From contig NC_020304.1 of NCBI RefSeq assembly GCF_000341395.1, positions 3,570,001 through 3,602,000 on the forward strand: 32,000 nt of DNA. The letters run 5' to 3'. The notes below the pieces were generated by a model, which worked only from the letters and a program-made list of their open reading frames with translations, was not told the origin of the DNA and ran no database searches. Origin of the DNA: Desulfocapsa sulfexigens DSM 10523 (lineage in GTDB: Bacteria; Desulfobacterota; Desulfobulbia; Desulfobulbales; Desulfocapsaceae). The position numbers and the translations under genes are program-made. Positions 1-8,894 of this stretch are shown here, in pieces; position 1 is the first letter of the stretch, and each line of letters starts with the position of its first letter.

Positions 1-533
1 TTCACCTCATCAATCTGGTATCTTGTTATGATGTGGGGACCATATTGAACGCTACTCTGTTCGATATCTCTACTGAGAAAAGGAGCAAGCATCTGCAGCA
101 TTTTCACATTATGACGAGGTCTGGCAATAAGCAGGAGGCGCTCTTCAATAGCCTTGGCCGGATTATCAGCCGAAAAAGACGTTGCCGGAAAAAACGCTAT
201 TGAGAATTCCTTTCCAAGGAGTTCATTAAAGCCGGGGGCATCTAACACAGAACGCATCTTGATCCAGGATTCTTCCATTGTCAGAAGCGAGATTCCCGGT
301 TCACCAAGCTCTGCGGCAATACCTTTGTAATCTATTCCAGCCAGAACCTGGCCCAACCGACTCTCCAAAAAATCCGTATACATACTGGTAAAATCCAACT
401 GTTCCCCATAAAAAAGGACATCGGATGGCAGACAATCTGCGGCCTCGATAGTTTTATCCTGCTTTCCCACAAAAATAAAAAGCAGTCCCAGGCAACAGAC
501 AATCAGGATTACAACAATTCCAACTTTTTTCAT
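1..533 (-). CDS. hypothetical exported or membrane-anchored protein, partial (C-terminal part lies beyond the window start)
   Basis: Manual minus-strand translation from the ATG at 533..531 stays open to position 1 (MKKVGIVVILIVCCLGLLFIFVGKQDKTIEAADCLPSD...). Hydrophobic N-terminal signal/anchor. Sits 18 nt downstream of the HD-GYP gene on the same strand. Absent from the ORF track because it leaves the window. Confidence 0.6.
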   Translation of the reverse strand, partial: MKKVGIVVILIVCCLGLLFIFVGKQDKTIEAADCLPSDVLFYGEQLDFTSMYTDFLESRLGQVLAGIDYKGIAAELGEPGISLLTMEESWIKMRSVLDAPGFNELLGKEFSIAFFPATSFSADNPAKAIEERLLLIARPRHNVKMLQMLAPFLSRDIEQSSVQYGPHIITRYQIDEV

Positions 534-551
534 ATTTACATTCTCTTGAAG

Positions 552-1619
552 TTAGGACTTTTCAGGCAACACATTAATTCTTTGATACCGTTCCTTAATA
601 GTTAACCAGACACTTTCCTGACGTAAAAACGAATCAACAACATCAGGATCAAGATGTTCTCCCCGTTCCTGAGTGATAATACTCTTTACCTTCTCATGGG
701 AAAAAGCTTCTTTGTAACATCGCTCACTGGTCATGGCATCATAAATATCAGCAAGGGCCATTATTCGTGCACCAAGAGGAATTGCATCCCCCTTCAAGCC
801 CTCAGGGTACCCTTTTCCATTAAACTTTTCATGGTGATACATGGCAATATCACTGGCGGTTTTCAGATAATGGGATCCCGTTTTTGCAAAAATATCAAGG
901 AGCATCCTTCCACCAATAACAGAGTGTTCTTTCATTATTTCAAACTCTTCACTGGTAAGCTTCCCTGGCTTATGAAGAATATTATCTGGAATTGCTACCT
1001 TCCCGATATCATGCAGAGGAGTAACCTGGGCAATTTCTTCAACAAAAGATGGTGTTAAATGAAATTTCTTACAATTTTCAAGAAGGTCATGGCCCAATAA
1101 CGCAGCATAACGCTGTACTTTCTCAAGGTGGTATCCGGTTTCCTCGCTTCTATATTCAGAAAGCCTGGCCATGGCGAGAATAAGCTCATCCTGGCTCTCC
1201 AGACGCAGGAGACGAATGCCACTCTTAATCCGTAGCTGTAGTTCCTCATTGAAGGCGGGTTTTGTGAGGAAATCATCTGCACCATCGTTCAAGGCTGCAA
1301 CGACGGAATGTTGCGCCTCATGTGAAGTTAGAACAATGATATAGGTATATTTTGTCTGCTCCTGACGGACCCTTCGAATCAACTCAAAACCATCCATAAA
1401 TGGCATATCAAGGTCAGTAACCACAAGCCGGATGTCCGGATTTTCTCTAAACAGCTTCAGTGCCTCAACACCGTTACAGGCTGTAATCACTTCATAACCC
1501 TGCTGTTCCACAAGCATTCTGATCAGCATCAACTGAGCCGAATCATCATCAACAATAAGGATAGAAAGCTTCCGGGTTTGCAACATACTCTTATCAATCA
1601 TTGTGGCCCCCATTCTCAA
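552..1619 (-). CDS. response regulator with receiver + HD-GYP domain (putative c-di-GMP phosphodiesterase, RpfG-like)
   Basis: 355-aa ORF. Receiver motifs (ILIVDDD ... VVTDLDMPFMDG ... LTKP) are followed by HD-GYP motifs (HDIGK ... HHEKFNGKGYP). The start is uncertain: the track start overlaps the kinase gene by 26 nt, and Met codons at 1601 or 1586 are alternatives. Confidence 0.9.
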   Translation of the reverse strand: MRMGATMIDKSMLQTRKLSILIVDDDSAQLMLIRMLVEQQGYEVITACNGVEALKLFRENPDIRLVVTDLDMPFMDGFELIRRVRQEQTKYTYIIVLTSHEAQHSVVAALNDGADDFLTKPAFNEELQLRIKSGIRLLRLESQDELILAMARLSEYRSEETGYHLEKVQRYAALLGHDLLENCKKFHLTPSFVEEIAQVTPLHDIGKVAIPDNILHKPGKLTSEEFEIMKEHSVIGGRMLLDIFAKTGSHYLKTASDIAMYHHEKFNGKGYPEGLKGDAIPLGARIMALADIYDAMTSERCYKEAFSHEKVKSIITQERGEHLDPDVVDSFLRQESVWLTIKERYQRINVLPEKS

Positions 1620-4600
1620 TCAATGCTTGAAGGGATTCGGTCAACTGGCGAAAAAGAGATGCATACTCACGAATATCACTTTTCTTTGCAGAAATATGGA
1701 GCATTCTTGCCAGTTCTATCTGTGTTACAAGTCCTAATCCCATCAGCGTTCCCTTTATTTTATGCGCAATGGATTCCAGTATAACGATTTGATTCAGTGC
1801 AAGAGCCTGAGATGCCTCCTGAATGGATAATTTCAGTGATCGAACCGACTCATCCAGCAGTTCCGTAAGCTGCTTTTCCTCCAGTGGATAGACCGACCGA
1901 AGGTGCTCCCAAGCTATTTTTCGTAAATCTTCTCCATTCGCTTCCTGTTTTTCTCCTGAACTTCCTGCCTCCTGAAATCCATCCTGAGAGTCAACAGTAA
2001 GCGGATATTTTGTTATCTGTTGAATAATTTTATTTATTGCGTCACGAGTGAACGGTTTTGCAAGAAATTCATCCATGCCGGCTTCTCGACACTGTTTTCT
2101 GGACTCATCGTCAAGATTACCTGTCAGGGCAACAACCGGAATATGGCCACCCTGTAGAAAATTGGTTTTTTTTCCAGCCCACTGTTCAAATATTTCTGAT
2201 TCCAGCCCATTCCTCTCACAGTCACGTATAATTTTTGTGGCCTGCAAACCATCAAGAACAGGCATTTGCATATCCATAAAGATAATATCAAATCGTTTCT
2301 CTACAAGTTTCTCAAGAGCTATCTGTCCATTATCAGCAACAGTTATCCTATGACCATGGTACTCTAATAACAGAGAAACTATTTTTTGATTAAAAGAATC
2401 ATCATCCACCAAAAGAACATCCAGCTTCCTCCTGTTTGAGGCATCAAGGATTTCACGGATGGTGCGGAGAAGAGTCCGGGACTCTATGGGCTTTGTCATG
2501 TAAGCCGAGAATCCGTCATCAAAACTCTGTTTACTGTTCATCGTTTTGCTGAATCCCGTACACAATATCATAGGGATGTCTGACCTGATTGCCAGAATCT
2601 GTTTACCAAGTAGCTCTCCAGAAAGGTTGGGCATATTCATATCCGTAACAACAATATCAAACTGGGAAGGATCTTTTCGGAAATGATTCAACGCTTCAAG
2701 ACTGCTAACAAACGTTGTCACTGTATACCCGTGTAATTCAAGAAGTTCGGAAATCACGTCAAGAATCCACTTTTCATCATCAACCAGCAGAATTCTTTCA
2801 GTTCCGCCATGAACTTCAGGAAGATCAACGTCAGCAGCAGTAATAATTTCCTGATCTGCCAGAAGCGGGAAAAGAAGTTCAAAGGTGGTTCCCTTGCCGG
2901 GCGCACTTTTGACCGTTATATGACCATCATGCCCCTGAACAATCCCATGGACAACAGCGAGACCAAGTCCGGTACCTTCACCGCTCTTTTTGGTTGTAAA
3001 GTATGGTTCAAAAATCATTTTCTGAGTAGCCTTGTCCATACCACAGCCAGTATCGCTAATCTCAACAGACAAATATTGCCCAACAGGAAGACTCACCTTT
3101 GCTGAATGTTTTTTTTCTGTAATATTTTCTTCCGAAAGTGAAATCTTCAAACATCCGCCAGTATCCTGCATGGAATGATATCCATTGGTACACAGATTGA
3201 GAATAACCTGATGGATCTGAGTTGCGTCGGCAAGGATCAGACGATCACAATCAATGTCAGTGATTATTTCCACCGTAGTTGGAATGGTTGCACGTAATAG
3301 TTTCACAACTTCTTTTACCACTGTTGCAACGCACAGGGGCTGTTTTTTCTGCTGTCCTCTACGTCCAATGGAGAGTATCTGCTCCACAAGATCTCTTGCT
3401 CTGAAAGATGCACTTAACCCTGATGAGAGATACTTGTCCAATTTTTCCGGAGAGAGATGTCCAGCTCTAGCTAACTCGATATTTCCTATAATGGCGGCCA
3501 GAATATTGTTAAAATCGTGGGCGATACCACCTGCAAGGGTTCCGATAGCCTCCATTTTCTGCGACTGTCGCAGGGCATCTTCATGCTTTCTCTGCTCGGT
3601 GATATCTGTACTCATTCCTATCAGGTATTTTTGGCCTTCATACTCAAACAAACTTCCGTTTATCAGGTATGGAATCCGGCCCTGATCCAGAGAAACCATC
3701 TCAACTTCTACGCTCACAGGGTGTTGCGTAGCGAATACATGTTGAATAGCCTCAGTAAACTTTTTTCTATCCTCTGGCACTACACGATCTAGAAATTGAT
3801 ACCCTGCGACTTCATCTTCAGAAACCCCAAGTTTTTCCCTGTATCTATCATTGAAGAGTATGGCCTTCAAATCCTCATTATAGACAACAAAAAGTCCAGG
3901 AAGACTGTTGATAATCGCATCAGAAAACACCTTTTCACGAAGGAGTTGCTGTTCCGTTCGCAGCTGGACGCCCACCCCATTTTGTAAACGCTTTCGCATT
4001 TCGTTCAAGGAAGAAACTATTCGATCGAGTTCATCTTGGTGACCAGGTGCTGATTTTTTTCTATCCAGCTGCAGTTCCTGATCAAGAGTACTGATTCTAA
4101 GATCCCCAGCAAATTTCGCTATTTTATTGATATGTCTATTGTATTTAAACAAGAACAGTCCCAGTATGAACACTCCCGACAGGAACAGGACTATCATTTC
4201 CGTTACCAAAACCAAGGGGAAATGATGCCTTAATCGATCATGGAGGCGATCAGGGGCGGCATAGATCGTAATTTTTCCAAGTTCAACGGATTTCTCTTTT
4301 AACTGTTTTGCAAGGCTGAATCCATGCACAACAAGATCATCCGTCTCCACAGGAACAGCTCCTGACTGGAATCTGTCGCCATAACTGTTTATGAGCACAA
4401 CAGCCTTAACATCAGGATACTGCAAAATACTTTTCAATTGAATATCAATCCCTTCCTGGTCCATGTTCCAAAGGTTCTTGGTGAGAGAATCTGCATGACT
4501 TCCCTGTAACTCTACAAGGTTCTGACGGATGGTATCAATCTCATCGTCATGAACAATCCACAGACGCAGTGTAGCCAGAAGAAAGGCAATCAACAGGGAG

Positions 4601-4665
4601 AAGCATACGACATAAGCGACAAGACGAACAAGAAGAGGATACTGTTTAAAAATACGCGCTGGCAT
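1594..4665 (-). CDS. hybrid sensor histidine kinase (TM-sensor-TM, PAS, HisKA, HATPase_c, two REC domains, C-terminal HPt)
   Basis: 1023-aa ORF with two N-terminal hydrophobic segments. H-box GIAHDFNNIL. ATPase boxes LNLCTNGYHSM, DTGCGMD and GTGLGLAVV. Two receiver domains (LLVDDE..TDMNMP..TKP and LLVDDD..FMDMQMPVLDG..AKP). HPt motif HKIKGTLMGLG. Confidence 0.9.
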   Translation of the reverse strand: MPARIFKQYPLLVRLVAYVVCFSLLIAFLLATLRLWIVHDDEIDTIRQNLVELQGSHADSLTKNLWNMDQEGIDIQLKSILQYPDVKAVVLINSYGDRFQSGAVPVETDDLVVHGFSLAKQLKEKSVELGKITIYAAPDRLHDRLRHHFPLVLVTEMIVLFLSGVFILGLFLFKYNRHINKIAKFAGDLRISTLDQELQLDRKKSAPGHQDELDRIVSSLNEMRKRLQNGVGVQLRTEQQLLREKVFSDAIINSLPGLFVVYNEDLKAILFNDRYREKLGVSEDEVAGYQFLDRVVPEDRKKFTEAIQHVFATQHPVSVEVEMVSLDQGRIPYLINGSLFEYEGQKYLIGMSTDITEQRKHEDALRQSQKMEAIGTLAGGIAHDFNNILAAIIGNIELARAGHLSPEKLDKYLSSGLSASFRARDLVEQILSIGRRGQQKKQPLCVATVVKEVVKLLRATIPTTVEIITDIDCDRLILADATQIHQVILNLCTNGYHSMQDTGGCLKISLSEENITEKKHSAKVSLPVGQYLSVEISDTGCGMDKATQKMIFEPYFTTKKSGEGTGLGLAVVHGIVQGHDGHITVKSAPGKGTTFELLFPLLADQEIITAADVDLPEVHGGTERILLVDDEKWILDVISELLELHGYTVTTFVSSLEALNHFRKDPSQFDIVVTDMNMPNLSGELLGKQILAIRSDIPMILCTGFSKTMNSKQSFDDGFSAYMTKPIESRTLLRTIREILDASNRRKLDVLLVDDDSFNQKIVSLLLEYHGHRITVADNGQIALEKLVEKRFDIIFMDMQMPVLDGLQATKIIRDCERNGLESEIFEQWAGKKTNFLQGGHIPVVALTGNLDDESRKQCREAGMDEFLAKPFTRDAINKIIQQITKYPLTVDSQDGFQEAGSSGEKQEANGEDLRKIAWEHLRSVYPLEEKQLTELLDESVRSLKLSIQEASQALALNQIVILESIAHKIKGTLMGLGLVTQIELARMLHISAKKSDIREYASLFRQLTESLQALIENGGHND

Positions 4666-4687
4666 ATGTATTCCATTACAATAATAG

Positions 4688-4726
4688 AGAATCTGTTTCG
4701 AAAGGCTGTACCGGCTTACAGATTCT
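4688..4726. other. 9-bp inverted repeat (AGAATCTGT-N21-ACAGATTCT) between the comM 3' fragment and the kinase gene start
   Basis: Perfect 9-bp arms read directly from the sequence. Could be the old comM terminator or a regulatory site for the kinase operon. No strong T-tract follows it. Confidence 0.25.
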
Positions 4727-4937
4727 GCAGCAGAAAATCAGGCGTTTTCTTATCAAAAAGTCCTGCATACAGGGAATATATTGAACCATTTCCCAGACTA
4801 CAAAAATCACGGAGAGATTAATATGATAGCTAATATTTAATCATTTAAAGGAAGACAAAGTCAAATCTATTCCGAAGTCCCTGACACCACAATACCATCA
4901 CTACGTTTCCAGGTGGACGTTATCTCCGCTCAAGAGG

Positions 4938-5143
4938 TTATCCGTTTCGACGATACTGGACTGCTTCGGCAATATGTGATATTTTAAGAAGTTCCTTATT
5001 ATCCATATCAGCGATTGTTCGGGCGATTTTAAGAATACGATGATATCCCCTGGCAGAAAGGCCAAGCTTTTCCACGCTTCTTTGCAATAAACGCTTTGCC
5101 GTTGCATCAACCTTGCAATATTTTTCCACTTCAGCTGGGCCAA
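4938..5143 (-). pseudogene. displaced 3' fragment of comM/yifB (attL-like direct repeat of 22726..22931)
   Basis: 206 bp matching the stop codon plus roughly the last 68 codons of the intact comM, with 5 mismatches by eye. The track ORF within it (4938..5129) translates as MEKYCKVDATAKRLLQRSVEKLGLSARGYHRILKIARTIADMDNKELLKISHIAEAVQYRRNG. Homology ends abruptly at 5143/5144 and no upstream comM sequence follows. Confidence 0.9.
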
Positions 5144-5325
5144 AAACTCACTATAATTGACATAGTCTCTTTGCAGCATTTTGAAAAGAATGAAAAAAAA
5201 CTTGGAAAAGATTAGTGTAGAAGATCAATCAGATTCTGACAGCAGGTCATGGGGCAAAGGAAGGGCAGGATTAGCTTTTGCAGTCAAACCCCACACCCTA
5301 CTGGACACCTCTGTTCGAGTAGTAA

Positions 5326-6207
5326 TCATTCCCTTTCTCTCCATTTGTCAATCTGATGCTGGAACGGATAGGGAACATCCCCATTTTGTTCGGGATAATC
5401 AGCACTACCGGTCTCCAGATTCAAATCAGTGAAATCGGAGAGTAGTGGCTCGGATGCATGCAGGTATTTTGTGATCATTATCGGCCCGGCCCACAGGATA
5501 TACTGTTCGTTGTATTCTGCTTCAACTGAGGCTGATTGTGGAACCATCACCAGCTGCCCGCTGAGATGGTCAATGGCCATAACCTCAAGGGCAGTTTTGG
5601 CTCTCAGTATTTCATTATTAGCCAGGAACCATTCAATTCTGGTTCGCACGGTTCCAAACACATCCACTGTAACATATACATCGATTTCAGCTTCCGAAGG
5701 TGGTACAACTGCTACCCCCTGCAGAAAAAAGTAAGTCTGTAATAGACCCGAAAGGTATTGCAGATCATCAGATGTTATTTCCTCTGAGTTATGGTACGCT
5801 CCCAGTCCCTTATATTCCAGACCGATTTGTATTTCATTTCCACTTCCTGTTGTTTCGGTATGTTTCTGTTCAGGTACGGCAAGAACTGAATCCGTAGAAC
5901 TTCTGCTGGAGGACGAGGTACGACTTTTCGTATTTTGATCACTGCTTTGTGAATCGGTAGTTGATGTGGACGAGCCAGAGGTCATCGATTGATATCGACG
6001 AAAAGTTGATTTTTCAATCACGGGAGGCGATTGAATATAATCCCCACGTACCTGCGAAACGAGAGAGAATCGACCGCCAATCAGGTTTCCTGCGCCCGTA
6101 TCTCCAATAGCACTCACATAAAGATTAACTTTTTTACCACGTATCGTTGTAAGATCAATTTTCTTTATCGTTGCACGTGTTGCGGCTGCGACCAACTCCT
6201 GCTCCAC
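5326..6207 (-). CDS. hypothetical protein with a Ser/Thr-rich low-complexity tract, possibly 5'-truncated
   Basis: 293-aa ORF starting at GTG with no signal peptide. An in-frame stop lies 14 codons upstream, inside the 25-nt repeat at 6246..6270. I recognise no family. Confidence 0.4.
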   Translation of the reverse strand: MEQELVAAATRATIKKIDLTTIRGKKVNLYVSAIGDTGAGNLIGGRFSLVSQVRGDYIQSPPVIEKSTFRRYQSMTSGSSTSTTDSQSSDQNTKSRTSSSSRSSTDSVLAVPEQKHTETTGSGNEIQIGLEYKGLGAYHNSEEITSDDLQYLSGLLQTYFFLQGVAVVPPSEAEIDVYVTVDVFGTVRTRIEWFLANNEILRAKTALEVMAIDHLSGQLVMVPQSASVEAEYNEQYILWAGPIMITKYLHASEPLLSDFTDLNLETGSADYPEQNGDVPYPFQHQIDKWRERE

Positions 6208-6245
6208 GGCGAAGCGTTTCCCTCCACCGTGTCCTGGGGGAGTCA

Positions 6246-6701
6246 GGGGTCAAGTCTGCCTTTGACCTTTGTAAACTTTTTTCCTTATCGTTCAAGGTCT
6301 TTTCTCGGTCCACTGTCACTCTCAATTCTAAATTCCACTCGCTGGACAACACTACTTTCCTAAAAATGAGAACACCGTTACCTGGCCTTATAGTCCCCCC
6401 AATTGAACCCCAAGGACAAAACTAACCTGTGTCAAGGGATTATTTGTCGATTATTCATCCAGTTACCTAGATCAGTCCCCATTGCCCACAGGCTGTTATA
6501 CAGAAAAAAAATTAGTCAGAAAAAAGGGGTCAAGCCTGCCCTTGACCTTTCTCTTCAATCGAGCAGCGAATGATATGGGCAACCCTTTAGTTTACCGACT
6601 ATTTTCCACATAGCCAAGCGCAAAAAAAACATGGGAGCAGAAATTCCAGGTTGATTTGATATCACACATTCACCACAAAGGTCAAAGGGAGACTTGACCC
6701 C
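6246..6701. mobile_element. MITE-like 456-bp element bounded by 25-bp terminal inverted repeats (GGGGTCAAGTCTGCCTTTGACCTTT), with a third internal copy
   Basis: Left copy at 6246..6270 (+). Right copy at 6677..6701 (-, 24/25 match). Internal copy at 6526..6550 (+, GGGGTCAAGCCTGCCCTTGACCTTT). Each copy contains a GGTCAA/TTGACC hairpin. No coding capacity and no obvious target-site duplication. Confidence 0.55.
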
Positions 6702-8011
6702 TTTTTTTTTACAATCAATTCACCTTCCAGGTTACCGAAAATATAATGCCTGTCTGTAAAATCCGGTACGCCGTTTCCTGCATAGGCATCTATGCCAAGG
6801 GTTGTGTCACAAAACTGCATATCATCGCCGGTGGGGGAAAGTGTATCTTCATGCATTGTTTGATAGAGAAAGAGGGAACGATCTTCGAGATATTGGGTTG
6901 AATATTCGGCAGCCACCAGATTGACATAGCCTGGCTGGTTGCCAGAGATGGCAAAACCAGCTAACGCGTTTAAGGCAAAAAGAAAGGCGTTGTCATTTTC
7001 TGCAGCACTTCGGAGAGCTTCGGCAGAATGCTCATGCAGTGATGTTACCGTCAAACCAGTCAGGCTATGGTCGTTGGCATACCCGGTTAATTCAATGGCA
7101 AGATCAACAGAGACCTGGGTGGGGTCAATACCGGCCTGAAAAACATTATTAACAACCGATAAGGCATGCTCATCGGGCATTTTTTCCAGAAAAGGGGTAA
7201 AGTCATCGGGATTATCACTGCCGCTGATGGTCGAGAAAAGATTGTAGATGCATAGAGAAGAGGTTAATCCAACGATACTGTGAGCAGTCAGTGGATTTTG
7301 TGCATCAACAGATATAATAATTGGTGTGGAGACGGAAAGGCCGACGGACGAAACAATATCGTCCGTTGCGACAATATTAGAAACTGGCAACACAGTAGGA
7401 AGAGCAATAGGATTATCTGGTGAAAGAGCACTTGAGATGGCTTCAATAATATTGCCGCCGACACCTGTCACCCCTGGTGCGTTGTAGATAAAGGTTTGTG
7501 TCACATCTGTAGAATATTCAAGTGTGAGATTGGTGGCAAGAAAACCGCCCAGTGAATGTCCCGTTACTAAAAAACCGGAATGAAGATCACCTAAATCCAC
7601 CCATTTTTCTACTTGCGCTGAAAGTGCTTTGTATTGTGCTTGGTATTCACTTGTGCCCAGTGCCCCAATATCAATAACGTCGGTAATAACGTCGTTAAGA
7701 TCGTTAGTGCCGCGCACGGCAATTACTTGTTTACCACTGCTATCCTCAAAAAGTGTTACTGATAAACCGGTAGGATTGAGAAAGGTATGCTCCAAACCAA
7801 ATTCGTCAACGTAACTCTCTTCGACAGTTCCATCGTATTGGTCGATAACATTCCAATTACTGGAGAAATCTTGGGCTTGGGTGAGCGTCATGCCATTGCC
7901 ATTGTTTTGTAATGCATCGGTATAATCTTTACCAGACATTCCTGGAGACAGATTTGAGTATGATGCAAGTGCAAGTTCAGCTTGTAGGTAATATTCACTA
8001 ATCGTACTCAT
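6662..8011 (-). CDS. class-3 lipase (GHSLGG) domain protein, 3'-truncated paralog lacking the RTX region (P1)
   Basis: 449-aa ORF with a lipase-like head (AVRGT ... VTGHSLGGFLA; GHSLGG codons at 7544..7561). The C-terminal ~180 aa are nearly identical to the 1153-aa paralog. That homology stops at 6712, and the last 16 codons (VKKKGSSLPLTFVVNV) read through a poly-T tract and the 25-nt repeat. Confidence 0.8.
   Translation of the reverse strand: MSTISEYYLQAELALASYSNLSPGMSGKDYTDALQNNGNGMTLTQAQDFSSNWNVIDQYDGTVEESYVDEFGLEHTFLNPTGLSVTLFEDSSGKQVIAVRGTNDLNDVITDVIDIGALGTSEYQAQYKALSAQVEKWVDLGDLHSGFLVTGHSLGGFLATNLTLEYSTDVTQTFIYNAPGVTGVGGNIIEAISSALSPDNPIALPTVLPVSNIVATDDIVSSVGLSVSTPIIISVDAQNPLTAHSIVGLTSSLCIYNLFSTISGSDNPDDFTPFLEKMPDEHALSVVNNVFQAGIDPTQVSVDLAIELTGYANDHSLTGLTVTSLHEHSAEALRSAAENDNAFLFALNALAGFAISGNQPGYVNLVAAEYSTQYLEDRSLFLYQTMHEDTLSPTGDDMQFCDTTLGIDAYAGNGVPDFTDRHYIFGNLEGELIVKKKGSSLPLTFVVNV
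6712..7255 (-). repeat. linker-module repeat shared with 16038..16581
   Basis: Collinear with a constant offset of 9326 nt and no indels. Near-identical by eye with scattered substitutions. Encodes ...NLFSTIS..DDFTPFLEKMPD.HALSVVNNVFQAGID...RHYIFGNLEGELI in both lipase paralogs. Confidence 0.85.
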
Positions 8012-8571
8012 TTTTTATATTCCTTTGTGAAAATTGAAGATTCAAAATTGGAGTTTCCAGTGATATCGAAGCATGAGAAACTTGATCCATGCCATAATCC
8101 AGGCAAATCACCACCACCTCGACCATAACGGACATATTCACCTAACACTTTACCATCAATACGTCTGACAATTCGAGTTTGCTTGCGTGTTACCTGAGGA
8201 TCATTTCTGTGGTAATAAAAAAGGTCACTTTCATAAAAATAATTATCCGTCGGTTTTGCTTTGGATTTGTCTGGTATTTTAATTCTACCAAATTTGTCAA
8301 TTAGGTCAGGCGGTAGCTCCACAGTTTCATAGACTTTTACACCACCATCTTTTGCACAGAGCTTCTCCACTTTGAGATCCCAATATATCTTCTTGCCAGC
8401 TACTTCCCAGAAAGTTCCGCCAAGCCAGACCGAAGAAAGAAGCACTCCAAGAAGGATATGTGAAATCTTTTGTGTTAAGTTCGCAGGCTTCCAATGTTGC
8501 CAGATACGATAGAGTACCCAGCTCACAAACAGCCAAATTGCAATCAGTGTTAATAAATAAATCCCGCTCAT
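8008..8571 (-). CDS. two-TM membrane protein, lipase-associated partner family member I1 (candidate immunity or accessory protein)
   Basis: 187-aa ORF. Its stop overlaps the lipase start (ATGA at 8008..8011). GGAGGG lies 7 nt upstream of the ATG. Two N-terminal hydrophobic helices separated by a basic loop. VYETVE motif and a C-terminal RRIDGKVLGEYVRY motif are shared in pattern with the ORFs at 12931, 17436 and 19443. Confidence 0.75.
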   Translation of the reverse strand: MSGIYLLTLIAIWLFVSWVLYRIWQHWKPANLTQKISHILLGVLLSSVWLGGTFWEVAGKKIYWDLKVEKLCAKDGGVKVYETVELPPDLIDKFGRIKIPDKSKAKPTDNYFYESDLFYYHRNDPQVTRKQTRIVRRIDGKVLGEYVRYGRGGGDLPGLWHGSSFSCFDITGNSNFESSIFTKEYKK

Positions 8572-8640
8572 GCTGCCACCCTCCAGTCAAATCTTGTGCC
8601 GTCGCCGTAATCACCCATAATGAAATCTCCGTGGATAAAT

Positions 8641-8894
8641 GGGGTCAGAGTAATTTTAAACTCCGCCCCATCAAGAAGATAAATAAAACAACAATCGTAG
8701 CAATCCATTATTTTTCACTAAGAGTGAAATAATTAACATCAAAACGGAGAAGCATCAACATCTAACATCTGTTATATTAGTACGTTATAGATGCCTAAGT
8801 GCTAACATCATTGTCATTTCAATGCCTCCAGATGTTTTCCTAAAAATTAAAGATAAAAAATAATAAAAACAACATTTTCAAGCTGTTCTCTGTT
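8641..8894 (-). repeat. conserved cassette-upstream region U (homologous to 22160..22378)
   Basis: Begins with the 32-nt element GGGGTCAGAGTAATTTTAAACTCCGCCCCATC (8641..8672). Contains a 39-nt block (8810..8848) matching 22289..22327 at 38 of 39 positions. Overall similarity is roughly three quarters by eye. Confidence 0.7.

Noticed and set aside
654-4821. Plus-strand ORFs inside or next to the kinase and response-regulator genes (654..1058, 1578..1784, 2048..2353, 2809..3105, 3254..3685, 3517..3792, 3796..3987, 4549..4821)
   Set aside because: Most are antisense shadows of long, well-supported minus-strand genes, with no motifs. One (4549..4821) extends into the intergenic spacer, but nothing supports it.
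4901-5179. ORFs 4901..5179 and 22719..23219 overlapping comM sequence in another frame
   Set aside because: They are shadow frames of the comM 3' region. They are duplicated simply because the underlying DNA is duplicated.
4666-5325. tRNA/tmRNA gene or integrase at the island border
   Set aside because: I could recognise no cloverleaf-like sequence or recombinase ORF at either border. The attachment sequence is the comM 3' end itself.
8810-8848. Sigma-54 or canonical sigma-70 promoter inside the 39-nt conserved block
   Set aside because: The TGGAGG..N..ATGA spacing does not fit GG-N10-GC. TTGAAA/ATGACA has no properly spaced -10 hexamer in either copy. I kept it only as an unspecified candidate regulatory block.
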